DNA of 64,000 bases. Origin: the human T2T-CHM13v2.0 reference genome, Homo sapiens. Shown here in pieces: positions 13,495 through 25,437 of this stretch. Every line of letters starts with the position of its first letter. The stretch's first letter is position 1. Location of the stretch: the NCBI RefSeq assembly GCF_009914755.1, contig NC_060930.1; one strand, 5' to 3'. Position numbers and translations under genes: made by a program. The notes beneath the pieces are model-generated. The model was not told the origin of the DNA. It searched no databases and saw only the letters and a program-made list of their open reading frames with translations.

Positions 13495-13941
13495 CACTTG
13501 TCTTTCTAAAATTACTTGTGATCTACTCTCACCTTTTCTTAATGCCATTGGAGAAACGGTTCAGTTTTTCCTACAAAGTATCTTCATTCTGGATTTGACT
13601 GATTGTTTCCTGTCGATATAATTTAACTTGTGCCTCTATCCCCTATATTTTCAATAGACTGCAAATTAGATCTAAAGATTTGATCAGATTCAGGTTTTTT
13701 GGGTGTACATGGGTGTGTGTGCAAGAGAAAGAGAAGAATACTTCAAGGGTCATTCTGTGTTTTTCCTGTTGCATCATTATATAAAAAGCGCATGATGTCT
13801 AAGAACCTCACTCTTAGTGATAACAAAGTTGATCCATGGTGACAACATGATCTCTTCACTGAAAAGTTCCCCATCAACTTTCACTAGTAGACTTATTATC
13901 TATTAATGATCATAGTCTGAATCATTTATTTTATTAGTAAT

Positions 13942-14301
13942 TATATTAGCTTGTTTTCACACTGCTATGAAGATATTACCTGAAACTGTATAATTTATAA
14001 ACAGAACAGGTTTAACTGACTCACAGTTCTACATGGCTGGGGAGGCCTCAGGAAACTTACAATCATGGCAGAAGGTGAAGGGAAAGTAGGCATCCTCTTC
14101 ACAGGGCAGCAGGAGAGAGAGCAAAGGGGGAACTGCTGTACACTCTTCAAACCATCAGCTCTTGTGATAATTCACTCACTGTCATGAGACCAGCATGGGG
14201 GAAACTGCCCCCAGTTTCCAATCACCTCCCACCAGGTCCCTCCCTTGAACGTGGGGATTACAATTGACATTTGGGTGGGGACACTGAGCCAAACCATATT
14301 A
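13942..14301 (-). mobile_element. THE1D-like MaLR solo LTR
   Basis: gactcacagttctacatggctggggaggcctcaggaaacttacaatcatggc...gccaaaccatatta; perfect TSD GTAAT at 13937-13941 and 14302-14306. Confidence 0.9.
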
Positions 14302-15159
14302 GTAATCACAAAATTGTTATTTTTTATAATTTCATTATTCTTTTTGTGGCAATTAGCTGGAGAGTTTAGGCATTGAAAAATGTATCTACTAAGTGTATTT
14401 AATTATCCTGAAATACAGGTTACATTGTAAGGGTAGGATAAATGCTATTTCTTTTGTTAATGATCTATTTTCAGGATAATAAGTGGGTGCTCTGGCAACT
14501 TTCCATGAGTTACAATGTCTTTTATCTCTGTTTTTTTTATTGTTTTGTTTTATTATCATTATTTGTGACTTTAAAATATATTCAACATATTTAAAATAGC
14601 TTGCAGCTATTATTCATTTTGATGTATACCTCTAGCCATCCCTTTTGTTTTTAAAATTTAATAATCTTTTATTTATGTTTCTTGCTGCAGCAATAAAATT
14701 GAATATTGCTTTGTTAGCCAAACTAACATTCTCTTTTTAAGAAGTGAGTTAATCAATTTGTATTTATTGAAATTACCAATGTATTGCTCTATCTTCTATA
14801 TTTATAACTTTCTCTTGAAACATTTTTACCTTACTTTGTTGTTGTTATTGTTCTCATTGTTGTTCATTAAATGTGCATTCCTCTATTCTGTACCTTAATT
14901 CCTGTACTACACTTTTTCTTGTGTGCAACTATTTTTTCTTGTGTTTCTTCTATTTTAAAGTTCATTTCTAAAATGTCTTTCTTTTACATTTATCTAGTTC
15001 ATTACTAATTCCTTTCCATTCTCTTTACAGATTCTATTATTGCTTAGTTACCTCTCTTCAGAGCTGTTCTATTACTGATTTATGCTTTTCTCACAAAGCT
15101 TTGACCATTTAAAACATTTTCTAGAATATCTAAAAATCTGAAAGTATCGATTTTGTCTT

Positions 15160-15895
15160 CTTCATCGCTATGGTTATTGGGTGTGTTTTCATTATTTGTT
15201 GGGACATTATTTGGTTTATTTATATATTGTCTTACAATTTATTTATGTGGAATTGGATTATAAATTTTTTTTCTGTGTTTAAATGAAGTTGAGTTTCTTT
15301 TAATTATTCAGATAATATTTCTACATGAAGAGCAGAGAAAAGCCAAAGTTGCTTTTACAAATTCATGGCTCAAGAGCTCCTTCCTCTGTTGTTACCCTGA
15401 TCTATTCAGAAATATAGTTTCTTTTTGGTTTTTGAGGCTAAGCTTGATTCAGAAAGTTGTCCTGCCTCTACCTCTGAAACATTCAGAGCTTTGTGGCCTT
15501 CTGCAGGGTGCTCTTACCTTCAAAAATTATATTTTGTGGTTATGGTATATTCAGAGGTCTTTCTCTGCTAGTCCCTTCCCCAGCAGTTTGCTCAATTTAG
15601 ATTCTGTTCTTAATAGTCTTTTCTTCAGTTTCTTCTGTATCCTTCTAAAACCAAGATTTTATTGAATGCTTTGAGATTTTTAAGGCTTAGGCTGCTTCCC
15701 ACTCCATGTGATTCTTGTAGCTTTGCCCTCTCATCTGCAGTTTAGAGTCTGTGAATAATTTTATGTTTCTCTGGTTCTTTTTTATTTTCCTAGCCTCCTG
15801 TGTTGAGTGTTTGCTACATCCTTCTGTATTCTGACGTATGTGGCAATTCTGGTCATCAAGCTTTGTTGAACACATCATGCATGAGCTTTGTTTAT
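15160..15895 (-). mobile_element. Probable ancient L1/HAL1-type 5' region
   Basis: T-rich degraded sequence with an old LINE-like texture; family not resolved. Confidence 0.3.
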
Positions 15896-15901
15896 ATTAA
15901 C

Positions 15902-16285
15902 TGATATGGTTTGGCTCTGTAACGCCACCCAAATCTCAGATCGAATTGCTATCCTCAATGTTGGAAGAGGGGCCTGGTTGGAGGTGATTGGATATGGGGG
16001 TGAACTTCCCCCTTGCTGTTCTCATGATATTGAGTGAGTTTTCATGAGATCTGACCATTTAAAAGTGTGTAGCACTTTCCCCACAGCTCTCTTCCTCCTG
16101 CTCTGGCTGTATGAAGACGTGCCTGCTTCCCCTCCACCTTCTGCCATGACTGTAAGTTTCCTAAGGCTTCCCAGCCATGCTTCCTGTACAGCCTGTGGAA
16201 CTGTGAGTCAATTAAAACTCTTTTCTTCATAAATTACCCAGTCTCAGGTAGTTTTTGTATAGTAGTGTGAGAATGGACTAAAACA
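15902..16285 (+). mobile_element. MSTA MaLR solo LTR
   Basis: tgatatggtttggctctgt...ggggcctggttggaggtgattgga...ttcctgtacagcctgtggaactgtgagtcaattaaa...gaatggactaaaaca. Confidence 0.9.
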
Positions 16286-17119
16286 CTAATCTAGTTGATT
16301 TGACTGGTTTTTGTAAGGGGATTGATGTGTTAAATGTCACTACCATCACATTCTTTTTGTCAGAGTCAACTTATGTGCTTTTTAATTTAAATGATGTGCC
16401 TGGTCCATAGAAGAAAAACTATGGCATCCCAGAATTTGATGATGAGTTCAGAAAAAAATTGCCTTCAGAAGCAAAAATTCACTAAAGTAAATACATAATA
16501 TTGAAGATTAGTTGTTTAATCCAATCAGAGTAATTTGTTAATGGCTTTTGAGGTGTGTGTGTGGGGGTAGCTTTTATCAGTATCAGTATTTGTTTTTCTA
16601 TTCATTAAACACACTTCCTCTTCAAACAACCATAGACCATACTTCTGAAGTAGACAGCTCTGTTTTGGCATGCTATCTGCAGTCATGAAACAAGATAAAG
16701 ATCATTGGTCTGACCTTTGGCCTCATTAGACAATAAAATTGGACTGATTGACAAAACTCAATAAAGAATAGATTTAAGCACAGTGCTAATGAGGCCATGA
16801 TCACAAATTTTACACAGGACCACTGATTTTATTTTATCTTATGGCCACAGGATGTTCCCCAACACTCAAAGTGTTTCCTCTTGGCCATAAAAAAAAGCCT
16901 GCATAATGAGCAGGAACAGACCACAGCAAATCCATCACATCTACTGGAAACATGCCCAGTTATTGGCCAAATTATTGGCCATCTTCATCTATAAGAAACA
17001 ATGCAAATTCAAAGGATACTAGCAGATAAAGTGAAGTCAGCTCCAAAGCCATTCACTGTGAGAAAGAACCAAGTACAACTTGTCTGTGAGTCAGCCCAGG
17101 CACAATTCCTCTGTACCTT

Positions 17120-17280
17120 CTGACTCAAAGTGGCATGCATCAGTCAGCAGCATTGACTTCACTTGGGAGTTGGTTAGAAATGCAGAATCTAAATTCCTTT
17201 CCAGACCTACTGAAACAGAATCTGAATTTAGCAAGATTCCGTGTTTGGTATGTTTGCATATTCAAGTTTCAGAAGCACTG
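17120..17280. mobile_element. MER5A/MER5B hAT-Charlie MITE
   Basis: cacttgggagttggttagaaatgcagaatct...cagacctactgaaacagaatctg...ttcagaagcactg. Confidence 0.8.
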
Positions 17281-17461
17281 GGTTAGACCCCAAAATTTGT
17301 AGCATCAACTCTTACATCTATTATAACATCTCTAGGATTGTTGTATTGTTACACATAAGAGTAAATAAATATCTTCCTGGAACAGCAGTCAACATTCTTC
17401 ACTTAATGAGTATGATAGCATCTCATGAAATTGTAATAAAATTAAAAACAGATGACTACTC

Positions 17462-17560
17462 TTTTCTTGAGATGGCATCTTGCTGTGTTGCCCAGGCTTA
17501 CCTACAACTCCTATGTTCAAGGGATCCTCCTGCCTTAGCCTCCCAAGGAGTTGGGATTAA
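17462..17560 (-). mobile_element. FLAM/AluJ left-monomer fragment
   Basis: ttgagatggcatcttgctgtgttgcccaggct...gatcctcctgccttagcctcccaa. Confidence 0.8.
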
Positions 17561-18484
17561 AAATTGATGACCAATTTTAAAATTCAGTATCCTGTTTCTA
17601 TTAGCCCTGTTTTCTCTTGCACTGTGCATACACGCTCCAATTTTTATCTGTGCATCTGCCTTCCCTTAGTTTTATATTGAAGTAAGAGAATTTTTAAATC
17701 TCAACTATGTTTTCTCCTAATACCACAAGACTTAAGAAAACAATTGTCAAAAGGCTTAGCTTAATCCATCACATAATTCCTTTAAGTATCTAGATAGACT
17801 GTGGAGCCACTGATAACTATATTTTACTTAATATACTTAGTTATCTAGTGTATCATCTGTATTATTATACTTTAAGTTTTAGGGTACATGTGCACATTGT
17901 GCAGGTTAGTTACATATGTATACATGTGCCATGCTGGTGCACTGCACCCACTAACTCGTCATTTAGCATTAGGTATATCTCCCAATGCTATCCCTCCCCC
18001 CTCCCCCCACCCCACAACAGTCCCCAGAGTGTGATGTTCCCCTTCCTGTGTCCATGTGATCTCATTGTTCAATTCCCACCTATGAGTGAGAATATGCGGT
18101 GTTTGGTTTTCTGTTCTTGCGATAGTTTACTGAGAGTGATGATTTCCAATTTCATCCATGTCCCTACAAAGGACATGAACTCATCATTTTTGATGGCTGC
18201 ATAGTATTCCATGGTGTATATGTGCCACATTTTCTTAATCCAGTCTATCATTGTTGGACATTTGGGTTGATTCCAAGTCTTTGTTATTGTGAATAATGCC
18301 TCAATAAACATATGTGTGCATGTGTCTTTATAGCAACATGATTTATAATCCTTTGGGTATATACCCAGGAATGGGATGGCTGGGTCAAATGGTATTTCTA
18401 GTTCTGGATCCCCGAGGAATCACCACACTGACTTCCACAATGGTTGAACTAGTTTACAGTCCCACCAACAGTGTAAAAGTGTTC

Positions 18485-19642
<1,158 letters not shown>

Positions 19643-19690
19643 TTATTTTGCTAGTTAGTTGATGCAGTTTCTTCCTACCCTTGATGGTCT

Positions 19691-20706
19691 TTACAATTTG
19701 GCATTCTTTTGCAGTGGCTGGTACTGGTTGTTCCTTTCCATGTTTAGTGCTTCCTTCAGGAGCTCTTTTAGGGCAGGCCTGGTGGTGACAAAATCTCTCA
19801 GCATTTGCCTGTCTGTAAAGGATTTTATTTCTCCTTCACTTAGGAAGCTTAGGTTGGCTTGATGTGAAATTCTGGTTTGAAAATTATTTTCTTTAAGAAT
19901 GTTGAGTATTGGCCCCCACCGTCTTCTGGCTTGTAGAGTTTCTGCTGAAAGATACGCTGTTAGTCTGATGGGCTTCCTTTTGTGGGTAACCCGACCTTTC
20001 TCTGTGGCTGCCCTTAATATTTTTTCCTTCATTTCAACTTTGGTGAATCTCACAATTTTGTGTCTTGGAGTTGCTCTTCTCGAGGAGTATCTTTTTGGTA
20101 TTCTCTGTATTTCCTGAATCTGAATTTTGGCTTACCTTGCTAGATTGGGGAAGTTCTCCTGGATAATATCCTGCAGAGTGTTTTCCAACTTGGTTCCATT
20201 CTCCCAATCACTTTCAGGTACACCAATCAGACGTAGATTTGTTCTTTTCACATAGTCCCATATTTCTTGGAGGCTTTGTTCATTTCTTTTTATTCTGTTT
20301 TCTCTAAACTTCCCTTCTTGCTTCATTTCATTCATTTTGTCTTCCATCACTGATACCCTTTCTTCCAATTGATCGCATCAGCTCCTGAGGCTTCTGCATT
20401 CTTCATGTTGTTCTCAAGCCTTGGCTTTCAGCTCCATCAGCTCCTTTAAGGACTTCTCTGCATTCATTATTCTAGGTATCAATTAGTCTAATTTTTTTCA
20501 AAGTTTTTAACTTCTTTGCCTTTGGTTTGAATTTCCACCTGTAGCTCGGAGTAGTTTGATCGTCTGAAGCCTTCTTCTCTCAAGTCATCAAAGTCATTCT
20601 CCATCCAGCTTTGTTCCATTGCTGGTGAGGAGCTGCATTACTTTGGAGGAGGAGAGGCACTCTGCTTTTTAAAGTTTCCAGTTTTTCTGCTTTGTTTTTT
20701 CCCCAT
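19691..20706 (-). pseudogene. L1 ORF1p, disrupted
   Basis: Fragments EERVSVMED...LQDIIQENFPNLAR and RFTKVEMKEKILRAA...LLKEALNMERNNQYQPLQK. Confidence 0.9.
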
Positions 20707-20875
20707 CTTTGTGGTTTTATCTACTTTTGGTCTTTGATGATGGTGATGTACAGATGGGTTTTTGGTGTAGATGTCCTTTCTGTTTGTTGGTTTTCCTTCA
20801 AGAAACAGGACCCTCAGCTGCAGGTCTGTTGGAGTTTGCTAGAGGTCCACTCCAGACCCTGTTTGCCTGGGTATC

Positions 20876-20948
20876 AACAGCGGTGGCTGCAGAACAGTGG
20901 TGGCTGTAGAACAGCAGTGGCTGTAGAACAGCGGTGGCTGTAGAACAG
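20876..20948. repeat. 17-bp tandem repeat x4.3 (AACAGCGGTGGCTGTAG) in the L1 5'UTR
   Basis: aacagcggtggctgcag aacagtggtggctgtag aacagcagtggctgtag aacagcggtggctgtag aacag. Confidence 0.95.
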
Positions 20949-21784
20949 AGGATATTGGTGATCTTCGAATGCTGCTGCCTTATCGTTCCACTGGAAGTTT
21001 TGCCTCAGAGGAGTACCCAGCTGTGTGAGGTGTCAGTCTGCCCCTACTGGGGGGTGCCTCCCAGTTAGGCTTCTTGGGGGTCAGGGACCCACTTGTGGAG
21101 ACAGTCTGCCCATTCTCAGATCTCCAGCTGTGTGCTGGGAGAACCACTAGTCTCTTCAAAGTTGTCAGACAGGGACATTTTAGTCTGCAGAGGTTACTGC
21201 TGTCTTTTTGTTTGTCTGTGCCCTGACCCCAGAGGTGGAGACTACAGAGGCAGACAGGCCTCCTTGAGCTGTGGTGGGCTCCACCCAGTTGGAGCTTTCT
21301 GGCTGCGTTGTTTAACTAATCAAGCCTTGGCAATGGCAGGCACCCCTCCCCCAGCCTCGCTGTCACCTTGCAGTTTGATCTCAGACTGCTGTGCTAGCAA
21401 TCAGTGAGACTCTGTGGGCATAGGACCCTCCAAGCCAGGTGCAAGATATAATCTTCTGGTGTGCCATTTTTTAGCCCGTTGGAAAAGCGCAGTATTAGGG
21501 TGGGAGTGACCCAATTTTCCAGGTGCTGTCTGTCACCCCTTTCTTTGACTAGGAAAGGGAACTCCCTGACCCCTTGCCCTTCCCGAGTGAGGCAATGCCC
21601 CACCCTGCTTCGGCTCATGCACGGTGTGCTGCACCCACTGTCCTGCACCGACTGTCAGGCACTCCCTACTGAGATGAACCCGGTACCTCAGATGGAAATG
21701 CAGAAATCACCCATCTTCTGTGTCACCTCACGCTGGGAGCTGTAGACCAGAGGTGTTCCTATTCGGCCATCTTGGCTCCACACC

Positions 21785-24518
21785 TAAATGTCTTCTTTTG
21801 AGAACTGTCTGTTCATATCCTTCACCCACTTGTTGGTGGGGTTGTTTTTTTCTTGTAAGTTTGTTTGAGTTCATTGTAGATTCTGGATATTAGCCCTTTG
21901 TCAGATGAGTAGGTTGCAAAAATTTTCTCCCATTCTGTAGGTTGCCTGTTCACTCTGATGGTGGTTTCTTTTGCTATGCAGAAGCTCTTTAGTTTAATTA
22001 GATACCATTTGTCAATTTTGGCTTTTGTTGCCATTGCTTTTGGTCTCTTAGACTTGAAGTCCTTGCTAATGTCTATGTCCTGAATGGTATTGCCTATTTA
22101 TTCTTCTAGGGTTTTTATGGTTTTACATTGAACATGTAAGTCTTTAATCCATCTTGAATTAATTTTTGTATAAGGTGTAAGGAAGGGAATCTAGTTTCAG
22201 CTTTCTACATATGGCTAGCCAGTTTTCCCAGCACCATTTATTAAATAGGGAATCCTTTCCCCATTTCTTGTTTTTATCAGGTTTGCCAAAGATCAGATAG
22301 TTGTAGATATGTGGCATTATTTCTGAGGGCTCTGTTCTGTTCCATTGGTCTATATATCTTTTTTGGTACCAGTACCATGCTGTTTTGGTTACTGTAGCCT
22401 TGTATTATAGTTTGAAGTCAGGTAGCATGATGCCACTGGCTTTGTTCTTTTGGCTTAGGATTGATTGGAAATGCGGGCTGTTTTTTGGTTCCATATGAAC
22501 TTTAAAGTAGTTTTTTCCAATTCTGTGAAGAAAGTCATTGGTAGCTTGATGAGGATGGCATTGAAAGTATAAATTACCTTGGGCAGTATTGCCATTTTCA
22601 CAATATTGATTTTTCCTACCCATGAGCATGGAATGTTCTTCCATTTGTTTGTATCCTCTTTTATTTCATTGAACAGTGGTTTGTAGTTCTCCTTGAAGAG
22701 GTCCTTCACATCCCTTGTAAGTTGGATTTGTAGGTATTTTATTCTCTTTGAAGCAATTGTGAATGGGAGTTCACTCATGATTTGGCTCTCTGTTTGTCTG
22801 TTATTGGTGTATAAGAATGCTTGCGATTTTTGCACATTGATTTTGTATCCTGAGACTTTGGTGAAGTTGTCTATCAGCTTAAAGAGATTTTGGGCTGAGA
22901 TGATGGGGTTTTCTAGATATACAATCATGTCTTCTGCAAACAGGGACAATTTGACTTCCTCTTTTCCTAATTGAATGCCCTTTATTTCCTTCTCCTGCCT
23001 GATTGTCCTGGCCAGAACTTCCAACACTATGTTGAATAGGAGTGGTGAGAGAGGGCAACCCTGTCTTGTGCCAGTTTTCAAAGGGAATGCTTCCAGTTTT
23101 GGCCTATTCATGATGATATTGGCTGTGGGTTTGTCATAGATAGCTCTCATGATTTTGAGATATGTCCCATCAATACCTAATTTATTGAGAGTTTTTAGCC
23201 TGAATGGTTGTTGAATTTTGTCAAAGGACTTTTCTGCATCTATTGAGATAACCATGTGGTTTTTGTCTTTGATTCTGTTTATATTCTGGATTATGTTTAT
23301 TGATTTGCATATGTTGAACCAGCCTTGCATCCCAGGGATGAAGCCCACTTGATCATGGTGGATAAGCTTTTGGATGTGTTGCTGGATTTGGTTTGCCAGT
23401 ATTTTGTTGAGGATTTTTGCATTGATGTTCATCAAGGATATTATTCTAAAATTCTCTTTTTTTATAGTGTCTCTGACAGGCTTTGGTATCAGGATGATGC
23501 TGGCCTCATAAAATGAGTTAAGGAGGATTCCCTCTTTTTCTATTGATTGGAATAGTTTCAGAAGACATGGTACCAGTTCCTCCTTGTACCTCTGGGAGAA
23601 TTCGGCTGTGAATCCATCTGGTTCTGGACTTTTTTTGGTTGGTAAGCTATGGATTATTGCCTCAATTTCAGATCCTGCTATTGGTCTATTCAGAGATTCA
23701 ACTTCTTCCTGGTTTAGTCTTGGGAGGATGTATGTGTCGAGGAATTTATCCATTTCTTCTAGATTTTCTAGTTTATTTGCATAGAGGAGTTTATAGTATT
23801 CTCTGATGGTAGTTTGTATTTCTGTGGCATTGGTGGTGATATCCCCTTTATCATTTTGTATTCCGCCTCTTTGATTCTTCTCTCTTTTCTTCTTTATTAG
23901 TCTTGCTAGCAGTCTATCAATTTTGTTGATCTTTTCAGAAAACCAGCTCCTAGATTCATTGATTTTTTGAAGGGTTTTTTGTGTCTCTATTTCCTTCAGT
24001 TCTGCTCTGATCTTACTTATTTCTTGCCTTCTGCTAGCTTTTGAATGTGTTTGCTCTTACTTCTCTAGTTCTTTTCATTGTGATGTTAGGATGTCAATTT
24101 TAGGTCTTTCCTGCTTTCTCTTGTGGGCATTTAGTGCTATAAATTTCCCTCTACACACTGCTTTGAATGTGTCCCAGAGATTCTGGTATGTTGTGTCTTT
24201 TTTCTTGTTGGTTTCAAAGAGCATCTTTATTTCTGCCTTCATTTCGTTATGCACCCAGTAATCATTCAGGAGCAGGTTGTTCAATTTCCATGTAGCTGAG
24301 CAGTTTTGAGTGAGTTTGTTAATCCCGAGTTCTAGTTTGATTGCACTGTGGTCTGAGAGACAGTTTGTTATAATTTCTGTTCTTTTACATTTGCTGAGGA
24401 GTGCTTTACTTCCAACTGTGTGATCAGTTTTGTAATAGGTTTGGTGTGGTGCTGAGAAGAATGTATATTCTGTTGATTTGGGGTGGAGAGTTCTGTAGAT
24501 GTCTATTATGTCTGCTTG
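21785..24518 (-). mobile_element. Internal L1PA (PA4/PA5-like) ORF2 segment lacking both termini
   Basis: Continuous ORF2 homology from the late EN region to the RQFSKEDI region; directly abuts the 5' end of the neighbouring L1. Confidence 0.93.
22455..23753 (-). pseudogene. L1 ORF2 reverse transcriptase domain, 432 aa open but catalytic FADD changed to FAED
   Basis: [39 protein letters not shown] and [12 protein letters not shown] motifs. Confidence 0.92.
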
Positions 24519-25354
24519 ACTTCACCTTGGTTTTTGTCATCTAGTTTTGACTCCCATTCAGTCTCAGCACAAGGTGTCTCCTCTATGCCACCCTATAAGT
24601 TTACTCTGAACCAACATGTTCCCTCCTCTGACCAGTTTGCCCGTCAGCCTGCAGTTACTTCTGAGTCTGCTCAAAGAGAAGCTCAGGAACATTCCCCTTT
24701 AAGACCTCTATCTTTCCAACCTTTGTGAGATGCTGACTTTATTCATTGTTGTTGTGGTCCAAATCATTGGATTGCAAAGTGGCCTCTTCTTAGTGTCCCA
24801 AATAGGGAACATGAGGACAAAAAGTATCTTCTATTGAGGAACAAAGCTTGGAGAAGCAAAGTTTTACACATTAACTCATTTTGCACTGCTAATCACTCTT
24901 TCTCCTCTGCTCACAATTTTCTCAGGGTCATAAAGACAAGACTTTTCCTTCTTCTTCTCATCTGTACCTATTTTATCTAAAACTATAAGGTGTCAACTGC
25001 TACAACTGTCCCTTAAAATGGAGTTAAAATAATTTATAGAATCCTTATCAAGATAAGAGTTTTGCATATAATGTATTGTTTTATTGATAAGTTATATTTT
25101 TGGAATGTCAGAAACTGAATATTACTTAATGGTAATATTTGAATTCTTTCTGTAATTCATCCTAATCTGTCCCCAGCCATGGGATATCTCATGGAGCCTG
25201 GAATGAAGGTTATATATATAAAGCAAAAGAAGTAAGAAACTTTTCCCCAATCATTTGGCATAGGTTTCTATAAGCAAGCTAGCCAAGAGACAGCTTAGAA
25301 ACAACTGTATGAGTGGTTAAGTGTGCATGTAGATGTGTGTGTCATGCCCTTTTT

Positions 25355-25437
25355 TTAGGGTGAGGCCCAAGCATCAAATTTATCTTAGAAGCCCCGTAGT
25401 TAATTTTGTGTATGGCCGAGATGGAGAGTCACCATTG
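25355..25437. mobile_element. Possible MER5-family fragment
   Basis: gggtgaggcccaagcatc...tagaagcccc...gatggagagtcaccattg. Confidence 0.35.

Larger units (their letters stand above)
12930..14640 (-). mobile_element. Old L1MC-type 3'UTR, interrupted by MER94 and THE1D
   Basis: caaacatacaccaaatcagagag..., caggatccaaataaagtc-like, ggatttgactgattgtttcctg, aaagttccccatcaactt, taggataaatgct. Confidence 0.6.

Noticed and set aside
11960-17955. Inverted pair of near-identical L1 3' ends suggesting one inversion or twin-priming event
   Set aside because: They differ at diagnostic positions (cacattgtg versus cacaatgtg) and lie 5.8 kb apart; independent insertions explain them.
20876-20948. CRISPR-like array
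   Set aside because: Head-to-tail repeats without spacers, inside a human L1; no cas genes.
22455-23753. 432-aa reverse transcriptase ORF as a functional or novel RT gene
   Set aside because: It is standard L1 ORF2, with the catalytic motif mutated (FAED), no promoter, and disrupted flanking frames.
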